Shown in pieces: positions 26,096 through 40,710 of a stretch of 64,000 bases of DNA; positions within the stretch are counted from its first letter, which is position 1; every line of letters starts with the position of its first letter. The notes below the pieces were generated by a model, which worked only from the letters and a program-made list of their open reading frames with translations, made no database searches and had not been told where the DNA came from. The DNA is from the human T2T-CHM13v2.0 reference genome, Homo sapiens: NCBI RefSeq assembly GCF_009914755.1, contig NC_060931.1; one strand, 5' to 3'. Made by a program: the position numbers and the translations under genes.

Positions 26096-27720
26096 AGTGA
26101 AATAGAGTTTTTTTTTTTTAAATGTGTGTTTTATCCTCAGGGCATTTTAGATGGGAGGGGAGTTATATGCCTTTGTTCCTTCAATCTGACATCATAATCC
26201 AGCTTCTTGAATTTAATATTTTTAAATTTGGGTATTTACAGCCCTAGGATTCACTAAGGACAACATAACTCATTTGTAGCCTAGTAACCATGTTTGTCAC
26301 CAAATTACATATTGCCATGCTTACTAAGTAACTGCTCCAGTGTGCTCTTTCAGTGTGCCTGAAAGAAGTAACTGGAAAGCTCAGTAAATTTAAGAATTTC
26401 ATTTCTGGAGAGGTGAATGTATTTCCTCCACAATCATATCTGTGGGGAGAAGTGAGTGAAAAGCTCTATAACATTAGATTTTACCACTGAGATTAAAAAA
26501 AAAAAAGGCAGTTTTCTATAGTATTTATCCTTCACTTTAAATCCATTTACCTAAAAGATTTTATCCCACTTCATATGAAAATGTCTATATACCTAAAAAT
26601 ATCTAAATATGTACACATATACTTATTTATAAGAATTATTCATGCTTTTCCTTAAGCAAAATGATTCTGATATTCAATCATGAGGGAAAACATAACATTT
26701 TCTTTCATCACTTTTGCACAAAGCGGTCACACTGGCTGTATTTTTACAGGGAAGACAACTTCATCGTCAGTCATTTAAGAACACAGGCATGAGATACAAA
26801 TTAGAAATGTACCTCAGTGTGACTTTTGGAAGACAACTGCGAAGTTACAGATATATGATAACTAAGATCAGCCTCTTAACTTTGATGTATTTATACATTT
26901 TGAAGATCAATTTGTGAAACATAAGAATCAAGCGTGAGGTGTGACGAATGCGTTTAGTTTACTTTGAAAATTTTGCTGCCACTCAAAACAGTACTTAAAG
27001 AATATATAACAGCTTGGAAAATTGTGATCTATTTAAAAAAGCAAAATCTGAATTTTTTATACTACTTGATTACAGAAATGAAGTTTTCACCTAAAAAGTT
27101 TTTTTAATGAACCAAATATATTACCAGGACTTACATTTATATACTAAAACTACAGGCAATCCTCTGACTTTATTTTTTACTGTTTTACAAGATGGACCTA
27201 AGAACTGTATTTTTTTAAATAAAATATATTTTGAAAGTATCATCAATAAAGAAATAGTGCTGTGGTAAAGGCAAATAAGAGTAGGAAGTATATAAATATA
27301 AGCTCCTGTATATTGTAATTTGAGAAAAATTTATTATACAAATATAATTTTGTATAATGAAGTTAGAGAAAATCCAGTCAAACAGTGAAACTGACAATGA
27401 AAGTGAGGGGTTTCCCTAAACTTTATTTGCTACCAACTAAGGTCAATCTGTGTTATTATTACTAATGTCACATCACAGATCATCTTTTTGCCCATTCTGA
27501 CATCAATGTGAATACTGTATACTTTGTACTGTGAATACATTTATCTTATCTTCCTCCCAGATGTTATAATTTATACTAACAAATATTTCTCTTGTCAAAT
27601 TAAGCCAAAGATAAGCCATTGGTAAATGTTTTATTACCCATGATCTCGGGCGTGGGCGGAGGGCTTAGGACAAACATCAGAGAACATGACATCTCAATTT
27701 AAAGATTTATTACAGGTTAT

Positions 27721-27837
27721 TGTGAGGGCTATAGGCTCTTTTCCCTAAAGGCTCACTAAAAATCACTGACATGAGGTGGACTGACTAAGGAGAAAAAGCA
27801 TACAAATCTATTTAATGTGTATACAGGAGAGCCTTCC
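27721..27837 (-). mobile_element. ERV1 LTR fragment (MER34/MER39-like)
   Basis: CCCTAAAGGCTCACTAAAAATCACTGAC...AGGAGAAAAAGCATACAAATCTATTTAATGTG. Confidence 0.5.
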
Positions 27838-28199
27838 ATTCCATCCATCTTTGACATATGTTCAGTCATAATGCTTTCTATTTCTGCTTTTTCCTGAATT
27901 TTTAACATATTTTGAAAATATTTGCATTTTATTGTATTTGTTTTGAAGACTTGTGTGCATGAAGCTTAGCTTTTATTTTTTTCCACATAATAAAGTTTTT
28001 TGAACAAAACATTGATTTTATTTCCATATTCCTCCATTTTCTCTTCAGACACACCCTGCTGATAACGCCAAGACTCTTTAGTAACCAAACCTTTCTAATT
28101 TAAGCACATATAATTTAGGATTTTATTAAAGGGTTCTGTCTCAATGAATTGTGTTTAGTAAGTTGATTAAAGTGCACTCCATTTTATTAGCCTCATGTG

Positions 28200-28632
28200 G
28201 CTGACATGTGGCAGTCAGGGCCATGCCTATGGAGATGCAAGGGAGAACCACCTGCCCAGATCTGAAAAGTGTGGTTGGGAGCAACAGCTTCCACCTATCA
28301 GCTCCTTCTGTTTCATCACAGCTTTTGAGCTGGGGTCACTCTTCTTGAAGTGGCCACAGGAGATAATTGAGCAAACTATGACACAAATGTCGGGCCATTT
28401 TTGCTTCACACGGAACTCTCCTAACCATCAATGTTTCTTTCAGACCTCCCTGTTGGGCTGGTAGATTTTATAAAATCCAAACTGTGGTCTGAAAGTTCCT
28501 CCTACACAATCCTGCTTCTTTCTCACCCCACCCACAGCCCTTTTTTTAATAGGTGTTACTCTCCAATAAACTTTGCTAGCCCCTCTAAACTTCAGTCTCA
28601 GCCTCTGCTGCTCAGAGGATCTAAGTTTCACA
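28200..28632 (+). mobile_element. ERVL LTR (LTR40/41-like)
   Basis: 3' end AGGTGTTACTCTCCAATAAAC...TCTCAGCCTCTGCTGCTCAGAGGATCTAAGTTTCACA. Confidence 0.6.
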
Positions 28633-29347
28633 CAATGCAGAAATGATCTACTAGTAACACAGCCCAAAGTATTGCACACTAATTAACCATGTTATCTATC
28701 CAATGGGTAAAAACATGTCCTCTCAGCCTTGATATTAAGTGGGGCGATATATTTACGAATTCTTTAAAATTACAATATCACCAGCCATAAAACCGTTTGT
28801 CTAAAACTTTAAAAAAATTGTAACTTTGAATAGTATGTGACACAAGTGTATAATTCTCAATCATCAGTTTAATTCATTATGTATGAAATGGTTTGCATAT
28901 TTTATGAGGCATTTCCAGATATTCAAAATAGAGAAAAATCTTGTATATCCATATTCTGAGTACCATTTCTTCAATTTCAGAAGTGAATAAGGTAATTTTC
29001 AGTGTGAGAATGGCTGTATCTATTTGCATTTTTTACTTCAGCAACAGAATTTTAAAAGATATCCGACCTTTCCTACTGTAGTGATTAAAGTAATAGCAAC
29101 AACATAAGCATTGTGTTGCCTTTTTTAAAGATCAAAATTGCATTAATATTTTTAGATTTGGAATGAAATAATTTATTCTGAGGTATAGAGTATGTGTTCA
29201 TATTTATAAATAGACGCTTTTCATCATGATCCTGATAGGTCAAATTTTGTCTCTTTCTTTTTACTCATTCAAAATGTAATGAAATATCTACCTGTGCTTT
29301 CACATAACAGATTAATATTTATGGAGTGCTTTGTAAATAGCTATAGC

Positions 29348-29349
29348 TG

Positions 29350-29398
<49 letters not shown>
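29348..29398. repeat. (TG)n microsatellite, one interruption
   Basis: Read directly. Confidence 0.97.
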
Positions 29399-29400
<2 letters not shown>

Positions 29401-29562
29401 GCACGTATACAGGCAAATGACCAGAAAACATGTTAGTAAAATTGGCAAGGCTAATAAAGTTTCTTACAATGATTTCAAGTGAGATACAATTTTTCCTTTT
29501 CCATTTTAATATTTTCATTAAACATACAATGTCACAGCTACTAATGTATAAGCTATTATATG

Positions 29563-29950
29563 ATTCAGGATTCTACCAGTTGCAAGTGACAGAAACTCAA
29601 CAAAAATGAGCTTAGGCAAGATATAAACTATATTGACTCATTAATTAAACTACAGATCTCAAAGCAACCAGAGCCAAAAATTTATAAGCCACTTGCTCAG
29701 TTGAGCACTTTCATTTTCTCTCTTCCGTTCTCATATTTGTTTCCCTTGCCCTGCTTGTCTTATTCTCTCAAACTGTCTTTATAAAGCTAGAAACATTGAC
29801 CAGACAGTTTTCAGGCTCTCCCCTCTTAGATTTCCATTCCAAAATAAAGGATGCTTATCCCATAACCCCAGCTTTAAAAATACATGAGCAGAAACGTTTT
29901 GTTATTTTGCTTGGTGGATGCTCTCTTCTGTGGCCAAGAGGGGGGTTACT
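29563..29950 (-). mobile_element. LTR33-like ERVL LTR
   Basis: GTTGCAAGTGACAGAAACTCAAC...AGCTTAGGCAA...TATTGACTCA; a second short copy of this end lies at ~31570-31650. Confidence 0.55.
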
Positions 29951-30952
29951 AAAAGGAGAACCTTATATAAAACTAAATAGTTGCTCTGGAAACCCTGAGC
30001 TTTGGAAGGACAAAATAAATACACAAATACACAAAATGTACTTTTCATTGTCTAACAAAAGATGGGAAGTATGGTAGCCAGGGAAAATCAGTTGATGTGC
30101 ACATTTGTTCCTTTGATCTATTTCAGTGGAAGTTCCTACTAAGTATTTGATTGAAGTAATCAAATTTGCCAAAATAAAAGTTCAGTGGAACAGTCAGAAT
30201 TCAATTTATTTAGTTTGTAAATGGTAAGATGAACAAATATTTGAGAATTCAAAAAAGTGTTTAACCCTTTTATGAATAATTAATCAGGTGTTTCCTTAAA
30301 AGTAAATTCACATTGGAGTGGAGGAATGGTCGTCTGCCTGTTGAGAATCAATTCACTTACTAAAATTCAGAGACAATGGTTGGACAATTGTTTGATACGC
30401 TAGGGAGTGATGGAGAAAGATTTGATTGCCAGATAGGTTTGTTGTAGCGCTCCTGGTTTTAAGTATGTGCTAAATTCCCATTTCTCAGCTAACATTTCTT
30501 GAGATTTTTTGGTCTTCCTTGTAGTAGGTGGGAGATTTGCTCTAATTTGATCAATATTAATAAAATTGACCACGTTACAGTCAAGCACTGGCAAACGTGA
30601 ATAAATATAGCACAGATCTTGCTCTGTAGCTGCACATAGCACAATTAGGAAGACACAAAGGTAAAAATAAAATTATCCATACATATATATATACACAGAT
30701 GTATGATATTTGTTATAATAAAGATATTCAGAAAAATTTGCAGTGGGAAAATTATTTATAAGAAAAAGTGTGGAAGTTTGGGAATAGGGAGAGGTTTTAC
30801 TTTGGAGGTGATGCCCAGTGAACATTTGGAACAATCAATCTCCTTATCAGTTGAGTTATGAGTAAGAAGAAGGAATAGAGTCACATAATATGTGCTAAGG
30901 CATAGAGTCACAAAATGACATCATATTTTGAAGAGTTATAAATATTTAAGAT

Positions 30953-32070
<1,118 letters not shown>

Positions 32071-33159
32071 AATATGCAAGTACGAGGAGGGGAATAGTTT
32101 TTAATACCCCAAGTAGAACTCAGAGCATATTTTTATATGAATAACTCATCTCAAGTAGATGGAATTTATTAAGAAGTTCTTGTGAAAATTGCTAACAGAA
32201 ACTTGAGCATCATTTATAGCATGGTTTCTAAGAAAAATGTACACCAAGTTTTAGAATATTAAACAAAACAAATAAAACACTTTTTTCTTATGGATTGGTA
32301 GCAGTGTATATTCATGGTTATCAATTAATGATTACTAATCTCATATACATTCATAAGTAAAATTATAATTTGGTTTAACACACAGAAATGAAATAGAACT
32401 GAGTGATTATAATATAGCAAAACCACCCTTCATGCCTTGTTAAACTTACACTGGCCTGACATCAAAATAATATAAAACTATTAAAAAAGAAGTCTCATTA
32501 GTTCAAAAATGACATGTTTGGCCCCTCAATGCTCTCTTTCATTTGGCACTGGTCCTACATAATGAAAACCATTTTTCAATTCACACATAGGCATACTCTA
32601 AAATAGCCATTTCCATTTTGCTCTTTTCATTACATTTTTGTACATCATGATATGAATCTATACTTCTGTCAAAAAAAACTATATCCTCCCAAATCTGATA
32701 CCCTGGTTGGAGATTTTTTTCTTTAAGAATAGGTTTATTGACAATAATTTTATAAATATTCTAAAACAATTTCAAAATTTCTTAAACTTAAAATGTCTAA
32801 AATCTTCTGTTTAATGGTTGAAATAAAATCTTAATATTGGTTGAAGTTTTTTCATCCATAAAAATTTTATTACAACAGTCCATGCTAACAATTTCCTTCT
32901 CCTGTTTTCTACTGGCTAAAAAGAAAAATACAATTTGACTCTTAAATTTGTCCCCCTAGTTAGACATATAGTACACTGATGAACCCAGTCTTAAGAGGCT
33001 TTTTTATACCTCACATAGCACAACATGAAAGACATAATAAAAACTTACTAAATAATTTTTAATGATTCAAGCTGGTACTATCAGAATGGATTCCCATCCT
33101 TTTCCTTATTCAAGGAAAAATTCTAATTAGATAGAAATGGTGGAAGTTTCAAGGGAATA

Positions 33160-33332
33160 CACACATATTTGTGTGTATATATATATATATATGTACATTA
33201 TTATTTTTTAATAGAGACAGGGTCTCACCATGTCGCCCAGGCTGCTGGTCTCGAACTCCTGGCCTCAAGCAATCCTCCCATTTTAGCGTCCTAACGTGCT
33301 GAGATTACAGGCTTGAGCCACCATGCCTGGCC
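33160..33332 (-). mobile_element. FLAM_C Alu monomer with (TA)/(TG)-converted tail
   Basis: AGAGACAGGGTCTCACCATGT...GGCCTCAAGCAATCCTCCC...GCCTGGCC; TSD TTCAAGGGAATA (33148) / TTTAAGGGAACA (33333). Confidence 0.88.
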
Positions 33333-34034
33333 TTTAAGGGAACATTCAATCAAAGTTGTTTACTGCCTGAGCTTGTGCTGCTTCCATTAGAACAGACTGA
33401 CCAGATGAGAGATTTGTTTGGATTTTTATTTTTGGCCCCATTCCATGGAATAACCTCAGGCAATCTAATTAATTTTTAATTTTCTTTCCTTTTTTTGTCA
33501 GCTCAAATATAGAGACACTATAAAGATAAATAATTGAGAATCAGAGAAGGGGCTATATATAATTACTGAGAATATTTCATTACATACCATATAAAATCTA
33601 CATTGCAGAATGTTAAATAAAAATAAAATAATGCAAGATGCTTAATATCTAAAGCTCTTTCAAATTTCATCTTAAGGAAATATTATGCATGAATTGTACA
33701 TTGTACAATATATTTTGATGTATTTTATTCATTTTATATATAATGCAAACCTTTGCAATAAGCCAGTTATTTGAAATGAACCAATTTAGTGAAATGGTTT
33801 ATGGTAGTTATTGGTTCACTTTAACTACTGAATTGATTTTAACTTTTATTTTTAGACTGAAACTTTAGCTGGTTAGCTGCAGAATTTTTTACTTGAAAGA
33901 CGGAAAATTTTAAATGAAAACCTTAATCCATATGTGCTGGAGAAAATCTAGGAGGATTTCAAAACTCCTACATAAGAATGCAAACAAACTATTTCATTCA
34001 CAGCACATCCTAAAGAACAAGTGTTTCCTGACTT

Positions 34035-34349
<315 letters not shown>

Positions 34350-34381
34350 CGTTTTCTGACTTTACAAGCATGTGATTTATT

Positions 34382-34404
34382 AAAAAAAAAAAAAAAAAAA
34401 AAAA
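34382..34404. repeat. (A)23 homopolymer
   Basis: Read directly. Confidence 0.95.
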
Positions 34405-36049
34405 GTCTTTCATAATTAAAAACAAAACTTTATTTTTTTTGGCCTAATTTTATACATATTTTTCTGCAAAAATGTAATTATAGAGCTTAAAAAACTTGAA
34501 ATATTTTTACTGAATTGTTTAAAATGCTAAAAGTAAGTAACTTATGTAAGACTAATGAATTGCAGTAGAAAATTTTAGCCAGATAAAATAATTAGAGCAA
34601 AATGTATTAGAGAGATTGAGAGAGAGAGGGAAAGCAACCTAAAGTTAGTGCAAAGCAATAACCTACTCTAATAATTACTGAGGATTAATGAGTATTTCTA
34701 TTTCTGACAAACATATAGTGAGGTAAAAAGAGTGACAGCTCATTCAGCCACACTCCATATAGTAGAGAAATTCAAAACTGAAATACCTTTGTCCATTTCT
34801 CCTTAATGCTACCGGTTGCAAATAGGTAATAAATATTTATATGATCCTCTTTACATCTTTTTATCTCAAGACAAGTTTGATCTTTGTTCTTGTCTTTTTT
34901 TTCAACAAAACATTAAAGTATGGAGATTATAAAAAAAAAAGCTAGCTTTTAGGTGATAAGTAACAATTAGAACATGAACAATTTTTTAAATTAGTTTCTA
35001 ACTTGAGGCTTTAGAACATTTGATTTGAATAATCTTTGATCTATTGTGTTTGTGTACATGACTACTTGAATCAAGCTAAATGTAATATTGTATTCACAGT
35101 AAAAAATCTATGGTAATAAATTACATATTTGTGGCTCCTTTAAATATAGACGGAATCAAAATTGTAAGATTTCAAGAGGGCTCTTTGTGAAAAACAATTT
35201 AATAAGTTCTTTGATGATTGGAAATATAAAAATCCCAACTGTCTTTTCCCATTCACTTTCCTGGGGTTCCTTTTTTGCCTTGAGTAATTTACCTAATAAC
35301 CAAATCTCAGACTTTGAAGGAACCTGAGTGTCATCCAGCTGTTTCTATTAGCCATTGTTTGGATTCTCCTTACAAGGCCACAGGGAGAGAGTTACTCATT
35401 CTTTACCCAAAAATTCCCAGTGACTAAATTCAGGCCCTTTGCTCTGGAAAAGCAGACCCTGTCAAAATGGAAGCAAAATGTGATATTTCTCTTGAAATGT
35501 AGTACATGGCATTCTTTATTTGAGCATATACATTGATTAAATCACAGGTAATTTAATGTTTTTAGCATATTGACCATACATTTGCATCATGCAAATAATG
35601 TGATGTATTTGTTTAAAAGCTAATACTGTTATTTTGGGCTTTTTCTTACTATGTATTATCAGCTACATATTTAAAACTAAATATAAGAGAGTCCATTCAC
35701 TTTTGCAGAATTCATCTTACTGGTTTTCCAGTCTGTCATTTATTTTGATGATTTATTGTCTTGACCAGCATTATGCTATTTGTAAAAGAGTTAACAAAAA
35801 CAATCATAACAATTGCAGCAACAGATTATGGTGATATCAGAGAACAACCAAAGGTAGGTAGAATCTTGATATTACCGTCTGTCAGTTTTTCTTAAGATTT
35901 CTAGTATCGCAAAAAATTTAAATGAATATCAACTTCATACTTTCAGATCTTGCAAAATACTGATGCTAATCCCTGTGTAACACAAATATGCCTGGGTGAT
36001 ACTAAAGAAGGGTGATTGCAGATACCCTCCAGCTTAGGAAACTGAGTTA

Positions 36050-36775
36050 CAGTCAGGCTTCAATGAACAATGGGGATACTTTCTGAGAAGCCTGTTGTTA
36101 GGTGATTTCCTCTTTGTGTAAATGTCGTAACTGTACTCATACAAACCTAGATGGCACAGACTACTACAGGGGTCCCCAACCCCAGGCCAGGGACCAGTAT
36201 CAGTCTGTGGCTTGTTAGGAACCAGTTTGCACAGCAGAAGGTGAGTGGTGGGCCAATGAGCATTACTGCCTGAGTTCCACCTTCTGTCAGATCAGCAGCA
36301 GCATTAGATTCTCACAGGAGCATGAATCCTATTGTAAACTAAGCATGCGAGGGATCTACGTTGTGTGCTCGTTATGAGAGTCTAATGCCTGATGATCCCA
36401 AAACCATGCATCCCCCAACCCCCATGGAAAAACTGTCTTTCATGAAACAGGTCCTTCATGCCAAAACGGTTTGGACCATTGGTCTACTACACGACTAAGC
36501 TAAATGTTATAGCCTATTGCTCCTAGGCTGCAAAACTGTATAACACATTACTAAACTGAATGCTGTAGGCAATTATAACACAATGGTAAGTATTTGTGTA
36601 TTGAAACACATCTAAACATAGAAAAGGCAATGTGTTCTACTGACACATTATGACATTATGAAGTCTAAGACATTGCTAGACTATAGAAAATTTTCATTTT
36701 CACTAGAATTTTATGGGACCTCCTTGTACATGCAGTCCATCCTTGACTGAAACATCATTATGTGGCATGTGACTG
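36050..36775. mobile_element. Tigger3/Golem-derived (MER7-type) MITE, interrupted by MER1B
   Basis: TA|CAGTCA...TGACTG|TA ends; CAAACCTAGATGG..CTACTACAC, AGCCTATTGCTCCTAGGCT, CATCTAAACATAGAAAAGG. Confidence 0.9.
36167..36481. mobile_element. MER1B hAT MITE
   Basis: CAGGGGTCCCCAACCCC start, TCAGATCAGCAGCAGCATTAGATTCTCA, GGACCATTG end; 8-bp TSD GACTACTA / GTCTACTA. Confidence 0.93.
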
Positions 36776-38491
36776 TATTTGAAAGTGAAAATTTATGGGA
36801 TCAATAGATCATTAAGTGTAGTAACATGGGTTGGGCTTAATTAATCCCAATAAATTATATGACATGACTTCAATCATTCATTATTTCATTTGCTGAAAAA
36901 ATATTAAAAGTTTTGTAGAGATTGGCTGCTACCAATGATGATAATGACGATGATGATGATGAACTATCACCATCACATGCCAGGCATCCTGCTACATCTG
37001 GAGAATTCAGCATTGAACAACATAGAGTTTCTTTACTCATGAAACTTAACACTTCCTAAGAGGGAACTAGACAATATAGCAAACAAATAGTATGGTTTCC
37101 AGAAGTGACAAGTGCTATAAAGAAGTAAAACAGGGTAATGTAAAACTGTAAAACCTTGAGGCAGAAACAGGTTTGGCAAATAAAGTAAAAATTAAAAAAA
37201 AAGATTTATAAAGCTATAATGTTCAATAAATGTTAGTCGATTGAATACATGAAAAAAATGAGTTGCTCATAGGAAAAATGAAGGAATAAATAAATAAATA
37301 AACCAGAGGAGAAAAAAACACATAGCATATCCTCAGAATGCTCCCGTGTCATCAATCACAAAGTGAAAGCGGGTAAAATTGCCCTCTTGTTTTCATACCC
37401 CTTCCCCTAAAGTGAATGATTGCCTTTCTGTAATTCTCCCCCTGACTCCCAAAGGCTATACTTTTATCTTGCTTTAACAGGGATGCAAATCTTGAAGCTG
37501 GGAATACACTGCGTAGTATTCTTTGAATCTCTCTTTCAAATGTTAACCCCACACTCTTCCCCAGCCATAGACACCATTTCTGAACGGCAGGCTGGAGTGC
37601 AGATGGACAGCGTACACTAGGATGGCACAGATACCAGGGAAATAAGGTCAGGAAGTGGCAGGGAAGGTGTCACAGAATTCTTGAACCATTTTTTTGTAAA
37701 GCCCTAAAGTTTCAAACGCAAATCTGAATGAAATATAATTAGCATTTACTTTCATTTTCCCAAGGAGTCAAATAAGGTAAACTTTTGTGTCACAATGAAA
37801 ACAGAACTAAGTCAGAGTTCTCTTCCTGATGACTTCAATTGTTGGGATTAATTTCTCAGTTGAACAGCATCTGCAGGTGGGATTATTCTGCTGCTGCTTT
37901 TTTCAACTCAAAATATTTTCTGACAGATGGTGATAGCAAGTAAACAAGATGTGTATTTCAGAAGCTGGAGAATTCTTGGGCTCATGAAAGGAACAATAGT
38001 CATAAATAAATATATTTCGAAGTGCCCCTGTGTTGACTGAGCTCTGAGATATTAGAGGAAAAAATCTCATTCATATTGCAGGAAATCAAGTTTCCTACCT
38101 CCGTTTCCACTTCTGAATAATATTAACAAAAAGCTTGTGGTGTATTCTTGGCGGAAAACTCTAGCCACAAGATAGCTGTCTGTGTGAACATTAAATACAG
38201 TACTTTTACAAGAATTATGTGGTTCAAGATTTGTAGCTGAGTAAAAATACCTAGCCAATTTTTCATATTCTAACGGCAAGACAGTCAATTGAATTTAAAG
38301 CAACATTTCTGAAACCAACTAGGCTTATTTAGGAAAAAGAATGAAAAAAGAAATAATAAGTACATTAAAATTAAACGTATCAAATGCAACACTGTGGAAA
38401 AATTCCTGGATAGATGAAAATCTTTTATTTTTATTTTTTTCAAAAAGTCACAGCAATACCTAAACTTGCCTACAAAAGGATATTGAAAGCA

Positions 38492-38774
<283 letters not shown>

Positions 38775-40195
38775 TATTGAAGGCATTTTTAAAGAAACTC
38801 AAGATTATATTGCTACAGAAAATAATGGCAGGCCAGTTTACATTAGGTTCTAGTTGTGAAAAAAATTAGAGTCTGGAATGTCTATTTTATTCACAAGTGC
38901 CATTTTCACCATGTATTGCAAATAAACTAAAGCTTAATGTATCATCATACTATAACATAAATACTAGTAAAAATCTCCATTTTAGATTTAATATATTTCT
39001 AAATTTTAGAATTCCTCATGTACTCTAAAAGCTATTTGATGTAACTTTTGCTGGCAAACTGGACTAAATAATTTTGTGACTAACAGAGATTATGCTTCTC
39101 CTTTTATCCTAAATTTATAAGCAACAATTTTTATTCATTTCCAGATCAGTTAACTAAAATGTTTGTTTTCAAATCCACAGGAAAGGAAAAGAAAAAAATA
39201 ACTTGCTATCTTCTCTTTCTGTCTTGCTATAAAATCACTGAACTTAAATAAATTTAAAACATTAGATGAAGGAGTAATCATCACATTGAAGTGATGAATT
39301 AAAGATATGACTAGTATTCCATTAGATCTGAATTCAATTTCTTAATATTTGAATGCCTCTTATAAGAAGATGATTGCTGATGTCCTCTCAAAGATTGTTG
39401 AAAAAAAAAAAAAAGACAAAATCTGCTGTTGCTTAAATCTTCAAATAAAAAATCATTCTTAGGAAATTGGATTCTAAGTTTGTTTGCCTCTTTCAAAATT
39501 TTTAACAGAGAGATTAAAATGTAGTTATAGCGAAATATATCATTTGGATTACAGAGAAGAATATGCAGATACTTATCTTTCCACTCTAAACACAAAGCAT
39601 GTGAATGTGTGTTTGCGTATGTGTGTATACATACATATAGGTGGGAGCTTGCAGAAAGTGGGTTAACGTTATATATGGTCTAGGAAATCCAACTAATGCT
39701 TGTATTATATGATAAAAATAGGTTAGATGGATGGTTTGGAACAGATTTTTTTCATGATATACAATATGCTCTGCTAAAGGCTTATTTTAAAATAGAAACT
39801 ATAATTTGTAGGGGAAGTATGCCTCTTGAAAATAAATCTCTTACAAGGCAATCAATTTTGAAGTTTTTTCACTAAAAATACAAGTCTGAAATCCTCCCGT
39901 CTTGAAGTTTCTACATATCCAATAGACTTCTGAATATATTTCTTCTCTACTTATCTCTATGCTTACCTCTATTTAATTTTTATTTAAAATACTATTAAGG
40001 AATATTCAAAACATTTTTAATTGAAATTAAATGTATTTTCTTCCTCATCTATATTGTGTATATTATAGCCACAGTCAGTATAAGTTAGAAAATACTGTTT
40101 AGTTAAAATTAATATAATCAAAATATGTATATCTGGACTCTAAAACAGAAATTGATACAATAACATATGGATTGAAAATTAAGTTAATCATACTA

Positions 40196-40292
40196 TTTCT
40201 TTTTGTTGTTGTTGTTTTGTTTTTTTGTTTTGTTTTGTTTGTTTTTTGTTTTTTTGTTTTTTTTTTCTTTTTTTTTTCTTTTTTGTTTTTGT
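40196..40292. repeat. T-rich (GTTTT/T)n tract
   Basis: Read directly. Confidence 0.9.
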
Positions 40293-40554
40293 GTTAGTTA
40301 ATACACTCAGAACAACACACCCTTCACCAAAGATATTTCTGTTTTTCTTTGGGTGTCTCTAGCACCAAATTATGCATTAGAAAACAAATAGCCTTTTAAT
40401 CATGTTTATGCAACTAAGAAATTATAAGACATCAAAGTGACCATCTCTGAGATTACAGCCCATATTATATATGACGCATAACAGTCACATTGTCTTAATT
40501 GACCAAAATAAATAGTAAAATTTTAAATTTCAGATAGGTTGTGTATATATAAAT

Positions 40555-40710
40555 TACATATAAAAATAAATCTAAAATATATTATTTTATAATAATAAAT
40601 TTAAGATACTTAAATTTATAAATATTTAAAATAAATTTAAAACATATAAATTTAAAATTATTTAAAATAAAATTAAAACATACTATTTAAAATATATTAT
40701 TTAAATTAAA
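40555..40710. repeat. Extremely AT-rich low-complexity tract
   Basis: Reiterated TAAATTTAAAA / TAAAATAT motifs. Confidence 0.85.

Noticed and set aside
36935-36962. (GAT)n run as poly-Asp/Ser coding sequence
   Set aside because: Short imperfect trinucleotide repeat within L2-like sequence.
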